From Chlamydiota bacterium (GTDB lineage Bacteria; Auribacterota; JACPWU01), in NCBI GenBank assembly GCA_016196885.1, contig JACPWU010000028.1:1-32000 (forward strand): a DNA stretch of 32,000 nt. The letters are read 5' to 3'. The notes beneath the pieces were generated by a model, which did not search any database, was not told where the DNA came from, and saw only the letters and a list, made by a program, of their open reading frames with translations. The position numbers and the translations under genes are program-made. Positions 16,364-24,290 of the stretch are shown here, piece by piece (position 1 is the first letter of the stretch; each line of letters begins with the position of its first letter).

Positions 16364-16446
16364 CAGTCGTGAGTCGTCAGTCGTGGGTCGTGAGTTTTAA
16401 AGGTATTTTATTTTACTCACGACTCAAAACCCACGACTCACGACTG
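16364..16446. repeat. Heptad-word hairpin, GTCGTGA family, copy 2 (pstB|pstB junction)
   Basis: Left arm: ca gtcgtga gtcgtca gtcgtgg gtcgtga gt. Right arm: ac tcacgac tcaaaac ccacgac tcacgac tg. The loop tttaaaggtattttatttt closely resembles the loop of copy 1. Confidence 0.85.
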
Positions 16447-16449
16447 CCT

Positions 16450-17193
16450 TTAACCAAACCTCCCCGTAATGTATTCCCCTGTTCTATTGTCCCTTGGGTT
16501 AGTGAAAATCTTACTGGTTCCATCAACCTCCACCAATTCTCCCATTAAAAAGAAGGCAACCCGGTCACTCACGCGAGCCGCTTGTTTGGTATTATTTGTC
16601 ACTAAAACCAATGTGTATTTTTCTTTCAGTTCAAGCATGGCCTCTTCCACCTTGGCTGTCGAAATAGGATCTAACCCAGAACAAGGCTCATCAAAAAGAA
16701 TGACTTCCGGTTCTACCGCTAAAGTCCTTGCAATGCAAAGTCTTTGCTGTTGACCTCCCGACAATTTAAAAGCAGAACTGGAAAGACGATCTTTGACCTC
16801 CTCCCAAAGATAGGAGGCCTTGAGACTTTTTTCAACAATGTCTGCCAGTTCCTTTTTTTTGTGAATTCCATGCATACGCGGACCATAAGCTACATTGTCA
16901 AAAATAGATAAAGGCAAAGGGAGAGGAAGCGCAAACACCATTCCAATTCTTTTTCTTAACAAAGAGACGTTGATTTTTTGAATATCTTCCCCATCCATAA
17001 GAACCTGCCCTTCCATTCTCACGTGAAGTTCTAAATCGTTCAAACGATTCAATGTCCTTAGAAAGGATGTTTTCCCACTGTTTGCAGGTCCAATCGCTCC
17101 CAAAATCTCATTGCGGCGTATTTCCATGGAAATACCTTTTAAGGCATGAATAGAACCATAATAAACATGAAGATCTTCAACTTTAATTTTCAT
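16450..17193 (-). CDS. pstB: PstB paralog, proximal copy (degenerate Q-loop and H-loop, canonical signature)
   Basis: Walker A GPANSGKTS, Q-loop position GMVFALPLPLP (Gln replaced by Ala), signature LSGGQQQRL, Walker B ILFDEPCSGLD, H-loop position LVTNNTKQA (His replaced by Asn), C-terminal YITGRFG. Confidence 0.93.
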   Translation of the reverse strand: MKIKVEDLHVYYGSIHALKGISMEIRRNEILGAIGPANSGKTSFLRTLNRLNDLELHVRMEGQVLMDGEDIQKINVSLLRKRIGMVFALPLPLPLSIFDNVAYGPRMHGIHKKKELADIVEKSLKASYLWEEVKDRLSSSAFKLSGGQQQRLCIARTLAVEPEVILFDEPCSGLDPISTAKVEEAMLELKEKYTLVLVTNNTKQAARVSDRVAFFLMGELVEVDGTSKIFTNPRDNRTGEYITGRFG

Positions 17194-17230
17194 AAGCCTT
17201 TAAACTTTTAAACCTTTGAACTTTCGCGAA
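17194..17230. repeat. Short direct word tract (about 8-nt period) in the pstA|pstB junction
   Basis: The sequence is ctttaaac ttttaaac ctttgaac tttcg. No complementary arm was seen. Confidence 0.4.
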
Positions 17231-18082
17231 TCACCACTGCTTTCTTCTTCTAAACCTCGCCCTGATAATCACCGCAAAAAGATTGAGAATCAGGACCATT
17301 CCGACCAACACCAAAGCTGTCCCATACTGAACTTCCGGTTTTACATTGGGAACTTGAGTTGAAAGCACATACAAATGGTAAGGAAGCACCATGACCTGAT
17401 CAAAGAAAGAATGAGGCAGGCGCGGCAAATAAAAAGCTGCAACTGTAAAAAGAACTGGAGCCGTTTCTCCTGCCGCTCGAGAAAGGCCCAAAACAATTCC
17501 CGTCAAAATCCCTGGCAAGGCATTGGGCAACACCGCATGACGAATGGTTTGCCACCCTGTCGCACCCAAAGAGAGACTGACCTCTCGAAAAGAACGTGGC
17601 ACCGTTGATAAAGCTTCTTTCGTAGATGTAATAATCACAGGAAGGGTCATGATTGCTAGGGTTAGAGCTCCAGCCAAAATTGAAGTTCCCATTTTTAGAA
17701 AAACCACAAAAAGTCCCAAACCAAAAAGGCCAAAGACAATCGAAGGAACACCCGCCAAATTTACAATCGCTACTTCCACAAAACGTTTCAATGCATGGTC
17801 TCGAGCGTATTCCACCAGATAAACAGCCGCCAAAACGCCAAAGGGAATGGCAAAAAGCATGGTCACAGACACCAAATACAAGGTCCCCACAATGGCCGGG
17901 AAAATGCCCCCTGCCTTCATGCCCATTCTCGGCATCGCAGTCAAAAATTCCCAACTGATGCCGGGCCCCCCACGAATCACAATCAGAGCAATAATGACAA
18001 AAACAGGTGCGATCACCAAAACAGTGCACAAGGACAAAAGGGAAAAAGCAATTTTTTGAGTATGACGTGGAGAGATTATCAC
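17231..18082 (-). CDS. pstA: Phosphate ABC transporter permease PstA
   Basis: Six-TM permease with the EAA-like loop (LSRAAGETAP) and PstA-like LREVSLSLGATGWQTIRHAVLP. GTG start lies after GAGGA. Confidence 0.9.
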   Translation of the reverse strand: MIISPRHTQKIAFSLLSLCTVLVIAPVFVIIALIVIRGGPGISWEFLTAMPRMGMKAGGIFPAIVGTLYLVSVTMLFAIPFGVLAAVYLVEYARDHALKRFVEVAIVNLAGVPSIVFGLFGLGLFVVFLKMGTSILAGALTLAIMTLPVIITSTKEALSTVPRSFREVSLSLGATGWQTIRHAVLPNALPGILTGIVLGLSRAAGETAPVLFTVAAFYLPRLPHSFFDQVMVLPYHLYVLSTQVPNVKPEVQYGTALVLVGMVLILNLFAVIIRARFRRRKQW

Positions 18083-18099
18083 AATGTCCTCTGGTTAAC

Positions 18100-18173
18100 G
18101 TTCTTAGTTTTAAGTTTTTGGTTTTTGGTTTAAAAACTTTTTTCTGATCAACTCGAAACTCAAAACTAAGAAC
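18100..18173. repeat. Heptad-word hairpin (GTTNTNN / AACTNNA words) in the pstC|pstA junction
   Basis: Left arm: gttctta gttttaa gtttttg gtt (18100-18123). Right arm: aac tcgaaac tcaaaac taagaac (18150-18173). 20 of 24 positions are complementary. Confidence 0.8.
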
Positions 18174-18177
18174 TGCA

Positions 18178-19107
18178 TTATTTCTTTCTATGCAATACAA
18201 AATCTGCAACTAAATTCACAAGAAATGTAATTAAAAATAAAACAATTCCAATCGCAAAAAGCGCAAAGTAATGAGAGCTACCCCGAACGGCCTCTCCCAT
18301 TTCCGCGGCAATAGTCGCCGTCATGGTTCGAGCGGGATCAAAAAAACTTTTGGGTAAAATGGCCGCATTTCCTGTAATCATCATTACGGCCATCGTTTCT
18401 CCAATGACGCGACCCATTCCAAGCATCACCCCCGCTAAAATTCCAGGAGCCGCCGCAGGAATTAAAACCCGATAAATGGTTTGCCACTGAGTTGCCCCTA
18501 AAGCAAAAGAACCTTCTCGATAGCTCTTAGGAACTGCATTAAAGGCATCTTCAATAATGCTTACAATCGTAGGCATCGCCATAAAAGCCAGCATCAAAGA
18601 ACCTGAAAGGACCGTGAGTCCACTGCGTAAGTGAAAAAGATGTCTTACCAGAGGCACCAAAGTTACAAGCCCCACAAAACCAAGCACCACACTGGGAATC
18701 GCAGCCAAAAGTTCTACCCCTGCCTTAAAATAATCGCGCAAAGACCTTGGCACAATTTGGCCAATGAAAATAGCACATCCCAAACCCAGGGGTACGGCAA
18801 TCAAAACAGCTCCCAAGGTCACCCACAAAGATCCCATCAGAAGAGGAAGAACACCAAAGCGAGGAGGATCAGAAATGGGATACCAAAATTTTCCGATCAG
18901 AAAATCTTTGAGAGAAACGGTCTTAAAAAGAGACACGCCTTCTTTTAATAAAAATACAAAAATCAGAATGACAAAAAGGACAGAGGCTAAGCCACTGAGG
19001 AAAATTAGCTTTTCAATGATAAATTCAGAAATTTGTCTCTGTTGGATTTTCGTAATAGTCTCTCTTGTTTTAAAAATCCGAAGCACGAATTTCGAAATCC
19101 GAAACAA
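18178..19107 (-). CDS. pstC: Phosphate ABC transporter permease PstC
   Basis: Permease with SYREGSFALGATQWQTIYRVLIP and GRVIGETMAV (EAA loop). The start is uncertain: TTG 19107 or GTG 19086, both inside the left arm of the upstream hairpin. Confidence 0.88.
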   Translation of the reverse strand: MFRISKFVLRIFKTRETITKIQQRQISEFIIEKLIFLSGLASVLFVILIFVFLLKEGVSLFKTVSLKDFLIGKFWYPISDPPRFGVLPLLMGSLWVTLGAVLIAVPLGLGCAIFIGQIVPRSLRDYFKAGVELLAAIPSVVLGFVGLVTLVPLVRHLFHLRSGLTVLSGSLMLAFMAMPTIVSIIEDAFNAVPKSYREGSFALGATQWQTIYRVLIPAAAPGILAGVMLGMGRVIGETMAVMMITGNAAILPKSFFDPARTMTATIAAEMGEAVRGSSHYFALFAIGIVLFLITFLVNLVADFVLHRKK

Positions 19108-19210
19108 ATCCGAAAACTCAAATTTAAAATTCTAACACTTTACACTTTCAACTGTTTAGATATTTGAATTTTAAATTTGTTTCGTACTTCGTGCTTCGAA
19201 TTTCGAATTT
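19074..19210. repeat. Long heptad-word hairpin (CG-phased family) in the pstS|pstC junction
   Basis: Left arm: aaatccg aagcacg aatttcg aaatccg aaacaaatccg aaaactc aaatttaaaattc. Right arm: gaattttaaattt gttt cgtactt cgtgctt cgaattt cgaattt. The 13-nt AAATTTAAAATTC segments pair perfectly, the outer heptads pair imperfectly, and the loop is about 33 nt. CGTACTTCGTGC also occurs at 4569. Confidence 0.8.
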
Positions 19211-20054
19211 ATTTTTTCAACGGTACAAAATCCATTTGCTTCACAATTTCTTGACCTTGCGAGCTTTTTGCAAAATCAATAAACACCTTCACATTTCCCT
19301 GAGGAACGCCGCCCGTATACATGAGAAGAGGTCTTGAAATAGGATATTCTCCTTTGGAAGCGGTTTCAACCGAAGGCATGATAAAAGGTCCTTCTGGATT
19401 TTTAGAAACAGCGATTGCCTTTTCATCCTGGGTCAAATAACCCAAACCAAAATAGCCAATGGCCTCTGGATTATGCGAAACCTCTTCTGCAATCGTCTGA
19501 GAAGAAGGAAGCATCAAAATGGCAGGATCAAATTCTTCGGGGCCCTTTTCATTTCCACGTCTTACCACATGCTCTAAGAAAAAAATATGCGTCCCTGAAT
19601 TTCTCTCTCGGGAAAGCGCGACAATCTCACGATCCGGACCCCCCACTTCTTTCCAGTTCTTGATCTTCCCAGAAAAAATACCGGAAAGTTGATCAATATT
19701 AAGCTGACTCACGGGATTGTCCGGATGAACCACCACCGTCAAGGCATCAAGACCTACTACAAACTCCTTCACGTCATGCCCATTTTGCTTGGCCTGAGCA
19801 ATCTCTTCAGGTTTCATGTTCCTAGAACTCTCTGCAATGTCACAGGTCCCATTGATCAAAGCCGCAATCCCAGTCCCCGAACCTCCCCCCGTCACTGCAA
19901 TAGCCGAATCGGGATGAACCTCCATAAAGGCCTCTGCCCACGCCTGCCCCAGATTGACCATCGTATCCGATCCCTTCACCTGAATCATTTTTTCACCGGC
20001 AAAAAGAGTTGTTCCACAAAAAAGCGATATAGCAAAAACCCAAAACTTTTTCAT
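19209..20054 (-). CDS. pstS: Phosphate-binding protein PstS
   Basis: GSDTMVNLGQAWAEAF...VTGGGSGTGIAALINGTCDIAESSR is the PstS/PBP signature. I chose ATG 20054 (MKKFWVFAISLFCGTTLFAGE, signal peptide) because AGGAGG lies 6 nt upstream. The track start at 20078 would place that RBS inside the CDS. Confidence 0.9.
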   Translation of the reverse strand: MKKFWVFAISLFCGTTLFAGEKMIQVKGSDTMVNLGQAWAEAFMEVHPDSAIAVTGGGSGTGIAALINGTCDIAESSRNMKPEEIAQAKQNGHDVKEFVVGLDALTVVVHPDNPVSQLNIDQLSGIFSGKIKNWKEVGGPDREIVALSRERNSGTHIFFLEHVVRRGNEKGPEEFDPAILMLPSSQTIAEEVSHNPEAIGYFGLGYLTQDEKAIAVSKNPEGPFIMPSVETASKGEYPISRPLLMYTGGVPQGNVKVFIDFAKSSQGQEIVKQMDFVPLKK

Positions 20055-20084
20055 CCTATCCTCCTTTTTAAATTTCATTCACAA

Positions 20085-20112
20085 TACAGGAGTTTTGTGA
20101 CAAGGGTGTGAA
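20085..20112 (-). promoter_or_regulatory. Candidate Pho box (11-bp phased hexamer repeats) in the pstS / CYTH divergent region
   Basis: In pstS sense the sequence reads TTCACA (20112-20107) ccctt GTCACA (20101-20096) aaact CCTGTA (20090-20085). The first two hexamers resemble PhoB/PhoP half-sites (TGTCA / TTHACA) at 11-bp spacing. A TATTGT -10-like hexamer follows. Confidence 0.4.
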
Positions 20113-20127
20113 CTTTTTGTTAAAGAA

Positions 20128-20793
20128 ATGTCAAATATGCTAGCATCATTACGGATGAAACAATCAAAAGAAATTGAATTTAAATGGCAATGCGAGTCCC
20201 TTCAGGATTTTCAAAAATTCATAAAAGCGGCTCACACATGGGGTCATGATTTCAGCCAAACCAAAAAAGTTTCGATCCATGATTATTACCTAGACACATC
20301 CCAACGATTCTTCGGCGAACGTCACGTCTCTTGCCGTCTTCGTAAACAAGACAAACGCTGGGAATTGACCTTGAAATCTAAATCAAAACTCAAGAGAGGA
20401 CTGGCTGAAAGACTTGAAAAAACATGGCGTCTTGGGCACCTCCTCATTTTTTCTCAGGCGCTCAACCATTGTCAAAACCACATCCTTAAAGAAACGCTAA
20501 ATTCTCAAAAACTTCAGGTGATTTTTGAAATCAGAAACAAGCGCCGCATGAAACAATTATGGATCACGCCTCACACCCAGGCCGCAATCTCTTTCGACAG
20601 CGTGAGCATCTCCAGAAAATCACGCTCCTTTCCCATGCTTGAGATTGAACTGGAATTCATTCGAGGGAATTCAGCTAGCTTTCTCTCTTTCATTCAAAAA
20701 ATTTCTCGCCTCACAAAACTCAAAGCGGCCAAAACCTCTAAAGTTGAGAGGGCACTCAAAACATTTGGACTCAGGACGCGAAAGGGACCGTGA
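20128..20793 (+). CDS. CYTH-domain protein (triphosphate tunnel metalloenzyme family)
   Basis: N-terminal ExExK motif (KEIEFKW), followed by CRLRKQ, LTLKSK, AERLE, IRNKRR, SFDSV, LEIELEF and a C-terminal TSKVERAL. This is the ordered charged-residue series of CYTH tunnels. Confidence 0.8.
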   Translation: MSNMLASLRMKQSKEIEFKWQCESLQDFQKFIKAAHTWGHDFSQTKKVSIHDYYLDTSQRFFGERHVSCRLRKQDKRWELTLKSKSKLKRGLAERLEKTWRLGHLLIFSQALNHCQNHILKETLNSQKLQVIFEIRNKRRMKQLWITPHTQAAISFDSVSISRKSRSFPMLEIELEFIRGNSASFLSFIQKISRLTKLKAAKTSKVERALKTFGLRTRKGP

Positions 20794-21982
20794 AACCAAA
20801 GGTGGATCCCCTCCCCCATTGAGATTGAACCCACACCTCACCCTTGTGGGCCTGAACAATGTGCTTCACAATGGAAAGCCCTAATCCTGTTCCTCCCACA
20901 TCGCCCAACTCGGGTCGGCCCAATCGAGGCGAGTTCACTTCTCGAGAGCGAGACTTATCTACGCGATAAAATCTTTCAAAAATCCTGGGCTGATCATCTG
21001 GAGGAATTCCAATCCCTGTATCCTTCACATTCACTTGGAGAAAATCTCCATCTTGAAAGGCACAAACCGTCACACGCCCTTTTTCAGGAGTGTATTTAAT
21101 GGCATTGTCCAGGAGATTCACCATCACCTGAGAAAGCCGCACCTCATCTCCCAACACTTGAGGAATATCTTGAGCTAAATCTGAATTCACAGAAAGAGTT
21201 TTTGCCCTCGCCGCTTGTTCCAAAATCGAAATTGCCTTTTGAATCACTCTCCTCATATCCACAGGGAGAAAAACCATTTTGACTTTTCCAGATTCCATTC
21301 GAGCCAAATCCAAAAGATCATCGACCAACTGGGACAAGCGATTGCTGTCACAGCTCACAATCTGTAGAAATTGACGAAGATCCGTCGGATTTTCCATGGC
21401 CCCATCCAGCAGCGTTTCAACATAACCCTTGATGCTGGAAAGGGGTGTGCGAAGCTCGTGAGAAACATTCGCAACAAAATCCTGTCGAACCTTTTCCAAG
21501 CGACGTAGTTCCGTAATATCATGAAAAACTAAAATGGCCCCCTCTACCTCATCTCGAATCACAACGGGCACCGCATTCACCTTAAAAAACTTTTCTTCAG
21601 GATGAGTTAACACTACCTCTTCAGTAATCAATCTATCTGTCAAACCCAGCGTTCTTTCCACAATATTTTGAATGGAAACATTTCGAATCATCTCCAAAGG
21701 GCTTTTTCCATAAGGATCCGTGTCCATCATGAATATTTTTTTGAAAGAAGGATTCGCAAAAAGAATGCGCCCCTTTGGGTCGGTAAGAAGGACTCCCTCA
21801 AACATGCTGGACAAAACAGCATCCAACTTGGCCTGTCCCATCCCCCCGGCCTCAGCCTTTTCTTTCAGATTGGACTGCGAACTCTTTAGAGAAGACTGCA
21901 AAGCTTGAATCAATCGGCGAGAACGATAGAGACGATAAAACAGAAAAAGCAGAAAAATTGTTAGTACGATTTGGAAGACCAT
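20771..21982 (-). CDS. phoR: Phosphate regulon sensor histidine kinase PhoR
   Basis: One N-terminal TM helix, a PAS-like segment, H-box FVANVSHELRTPL, N-box LLDNAIKYT, G-boxes DTGIGI and GGTGLGLSIVKHIV. ATG 21982 (MVFQIVLTIFLL...) is preferred, since the track start at 22030 is a TTG inside the hairpin repeat. The 3' end overlaps the convergent CYTH gene by 23 nt. Confidence 0.9.
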   Translation of the reverse strand: MVFQIVLTIFLLFLFYRLYRSRRLIQALQSSLKSSQSNLKEKAEAGGMGQAKLDAVLSSMFEGVLLTDPKGRILFANPSFKKIFMMDTDPYGKSPLEMIRNVSIQNIVERTLGLTDRLITEEVVLTHPEEKFFKVNAVPVVIRDEVEGAILVFHDITELRRLEKVRQDFVANVSHELRTPLSSIKGYVETLLDGAMENPTDLRQFLQIVSCDSNRLSQLVDDLLDLARMESGKVKMVFLPVDMRRVIQKAISILEQAARAKTLSVNSDLAQDIPQVLGDEVRLSQVMVNLLDNAIKYTPEKGRVTVCAFQDGDFLQVNVKDTGIGIPPDDQPRIFERFYRVDKSRSREVNSPRLGRPELGDVGGTGLGLSIVKHIVQAHKGEVWVQSQWGRGSTFGFTVPFAS

Positions 21983-22026
21983 ATTAAAATCCAGCCGTAA
22001 AAAAATACAATGACAAATTCCCAATT

Positions 22027-22122
22027 TCAAATGTCAAATCAATGACCAATGACTCAATGTCCAATGGGTCATTGGTCCATTGGAAATTAATTTGTCATTG
22101 GGTATTGGTCATTTGAAATTGA
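22027..22122. repeat. Heptad-word hairpin (CAATG / CATTG words) in the phoB|phoR junction
   Basis: The sequence is tcaaatg tcaaatc aatgacc aatgact caatgtc caatggg tcattgg tccattgg aaattaatttg tcattgg gtattgg tcatttg aaattga. Left and right halves are roughly complementary around CCAATGggtCATTGG. Confidence 0.75.
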
Positions 22123-22167
22123 ATAGAGGTATATTTCCATTTTATTCATCGAAACTTATAGTTATAA

Positions 22168-22854
22168 CTATTCCTCCTTAAATTTATACCCCATCCCTCT
22201 TACCGTCTCAATCCCATCCCCTGCCTTCCCTAATTTTTCCCGCAACCGCTTCACATGGGTATCAATGGTGCGCGTATCAATTTCAGCATGAACATCCCAA
22301 ACATCTGCCAGCAAGCGATCTCTGGACTGAACGCGCCCTCGGCGCTCGATCAACACACACAAAAGTTTGAACTCCATGGGCGTCAACTCGATTCCCCTCT
22401 TTTGAAACGTCACCTCATGCCTAGGGATATCAATCTTTAAAGCACCCACCTCCAAAATTTCCTTTGGAGAAGCCTCCACACTCACCCTTCTCAAAATGGC
22501 CTTGATCCGCAAAACAAGTTCGCGAGGGCTGAAAGGCTTCACCATGTAATCATCTGCCCCCAACTCAAGCCCCACCACCCGATCCACCTCTTCTCCCTTG
22601 GCCGTCAACATGAGAACCGGAATTCTTTTCCAACGCGCATCTTGCCGAATCAATCGACAAACCTCCAGCCCATCCATCCCTGGCAACATCAAATCCAAAA
22701 TAATAAAATCCACCATTTTTTGATCTAAAACTTTAAAGGCCTCTTCACCGCTCATCCCCACGAAAGTCTCAAAGCCAGATTTTTCCAAGTTGTAAGCAAT
22801 CAGCTTTGAGATATTGTCATCATCTTCAATGATCAAAACTCTTTTTTTGGGCAT
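22168..22854 (-). CDS. phoB: Phosphate regulon response regulator PhoB (OmpR family)
   Basis: Receiver domain (VLIIEDDD, DFIILDLMLPGMDG, LTAKG) plus a winged-helix output domain (LTPMEFKLL, VDTHVKRLREKL, TVRGMGYKF). Confidence 0.95.
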   Translation of the reverse strand: MPKKRVLIIEDDDNISKLIAYNLEKSGFETFVGMSGEEAFKVLDQKMVDFIILDLMLPGMDGLEVCRLIRQDARWKRIPVLMLTAKGEEVDRVVGLELGADDYMVKPFSPRELVLRIKAILRRVSVEASPKEILEVGALKIDIPRHEVTFQKRGIELTPMEFKLLCVLIERRGRVQSRDRLLADVWDVHAEIDTRTIDTHVKRLREKLGKAGDGIETVRGMGYKFKEE

Positions 22855-22985
22855 GGCGTACTTAGCGCTACCTTGTTCTCATCTTGCGCATCATATCAAA
22901 ATCACAGCCAAAAATCTTCCTTTCAGAGTTTAAGATTGTCTTCAAAGACAAGAGAGATCAACTTGTAGGAGAAAAAGGAAAGGGA

Positions 22986-23459
22986 CTATGATAAGGAAGC
23001 CATTTTTCTCTTCTCTTCCTCCTCTTCCTTCAAAAAATACTCAAAGAGATTGTGATCAAAAGGCTTGTGTTGGGGATTAGGAAGGGAACCTCGAATCCTG
23101 CAAAGGCAATAGTAACAAATGGTGATATTGGGTAAAAATTTATACAAAATAAAATCCAAAATAGCGACGACGGGTAAGCTCAGCCCATAAGTCCAAGGCA
23201 CAAAACAAGCCCCGATGATCACAATCAGACATCCTGCCTCTTGAGGGAAATCTCTCTGCACATAAAAATCTTTTTTTTCACACAGGGGGCAAATATCTAG
23301 AACTTTTGATTTTAGAGACTCTGAAACAAAAACCTTTTTCTCATTCGCACACTTTTTACAACTCACCGCATGAAGATTTTCAAAGCCCTTGAATTTGTTT
23401 CGCCTCGAACAAATTCTTTCATCCGGCAACACATTCTGACAATCGTAAATAAGATCCAT
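22986..23459 (-). CDS. Hypothetical Zn-ribbon membrane protein
   Basis: CxxC pairs (CKKC...CPLC, and a later CYYC), two hydrophobic helices and an acidic C-terminal tail. RBS AGGAG is upstream. No family was recognised. Confidence 0.5.
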   Translation of the reverse strand: MDLIYDCQNVLPDERICSRRNKFKGFENLHAVSCKKCANEKKVFVSESLKSKVLDICPLCEKKDFYVQRDFPQEAGCLIVIIGACFVPWTYGLSLPVVAILDFILYKFLPNITICYYCLCRIRGSLPNPQHKPFDHNLFEYFLKEEEEEKRKMASLS

Positions 23460-23479
23460 AAAACTCCTTAAATTATAAT

Positions 23480-23507
23480 AAGCACGAAACTAGAATTTCG
23501 AATTTGT
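23480..23507. repeat. Single-arm heptad-word tract (CG-phased family)
   Basis: The sequence is a agcacg aaactag aatttcg aatttgt. AAGCACGAA...TTTCGAA also appears at 19080-19100. Confidence 0.55.
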
Positions 23508-23509
23508 TT

Positions 23510-24253
23510 TTAAAGTGGCATTGCACACATTCTTGTCAAATACCCCGCCATCAATTCACCCATAAAAACAGAGGCCGTGGTGAAATAAAGAATGCCTGTC
23601 GTCGAGCGATTCGAATGAATTTTTGCGCATTGATAAGCAAAAATCAGAAAAAAAATGGGCAAAAGCCCTCCCCACAAAAATCGGCTCAAAAATAAAATAT
23701 CCCCTGCCTGATAAAACAACTTTGTCCAACTCCCCTCACCTCTAAGAAAGAGCGCAAAACCGACTTCACCCATTCTCAAAACTGACAAACCCAGAAAAAC
23801 CAAACACCCGAGAACCAAATGTCGGAAGGAAAGTCGGGGCCGGATTAAATACCAATGTCCCAAAACCATGCTAAAAAGAGAAGCCCCGAGTAAGAGGGCA
23901 CTCAAGAAGAGATTTAAGAAAGCCTGCATGGAAATTTCCCCCTCCTCTCCAAGTCCCAGCACTAAAACAACCACACCTACGGCAAAAACGGGCAAAACCC
24001 ATAAATCTATTTTTTCTAATTCCAAGCGATTGATCGCCAAATACACCACCATGTCTAAAAAAATAAAAACCATCAATCCTATATTGCCGATCAACCCCTG
24101 AAGAATCCCACCTAAAATACCAAAGGCAATGGATAAAAAAATCAGAAGACGAAAAAAGGTTTTTCCCGTATCCTGAAGAGGAATCAAGGTCAACCAGGGA
24201 AGAATCCCGACAGACAATTTGATAAAGAATAAACTTAGGACGTGATTTAACAT
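23510..24253 (-). CDS. Hypothetical multi-pass membrane protein
   Basis: About 7 hydrophobic segments. ATG 24253 (MLNHVLSLFF...) is preferred because the track start at 24292 would overlap the divergent ygfZ-like start and read through the tandem 14-mer. Confidence 0.55.
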   Translation of the reverse strand: MLNHVLSLFFIKLSVGILPWLTLIPLQDTGKTFFRLLIFLSIAFGILGGILQGLIGNIGLMVFIFLDMVVYLAINRLELEKIDLWVLPVFAVGVVVLVLGLGEEGEISMQAFLNLFLSALLLGASLFSMVLGHWYLIRPRLSFRHLVLGCLVFLGLSVLRMGEVGFALFLRGEGSWTKLFYQAGDILFLSRFLWGGLLPIFFLIFAYQCAKIHSNRSTTGILYFTTASVFMGELMAGYLTRMCAMPL

Positions 24254-24257
24254 ACAA

Positions 24258-24285
24258 TGAAGAGTGTAAAGTGAAGAGTGTAAAG
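24258..24285. repeat. Perfect tandem 14-mer x2 in a divergent intergenic region
   Basis: tgaagagtgtaaag occurs at 24258-24271 and again at 24272-24285, which is two heptads per unit. Confidence 0.8.
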
Positions 24286-24290
24286 TTGCC

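Noticed and set aside
17400-18209. 269-aa minus-strand ORF overlapping pstA in another frame
   Set aside because: It is Cys/Gly/Phe/Ser-rich with no motif, and it fully overlaps the well-supported pstA frame and the pstC|pstA hairpin.
19689-20111. 140-aa plus-strand ORF
   Set aside because: It is antisense to pstS, and its biased composition is typical of a shadow ORF.
22855-22985. Pho box or terminator upstream of phoB
   Set aside because: I found only a weak 5-7 bp palindrome (TTGTCTT..AAGACAA) with a too-small loop and no phased TGTCA-type repeats. That is not enough to call.
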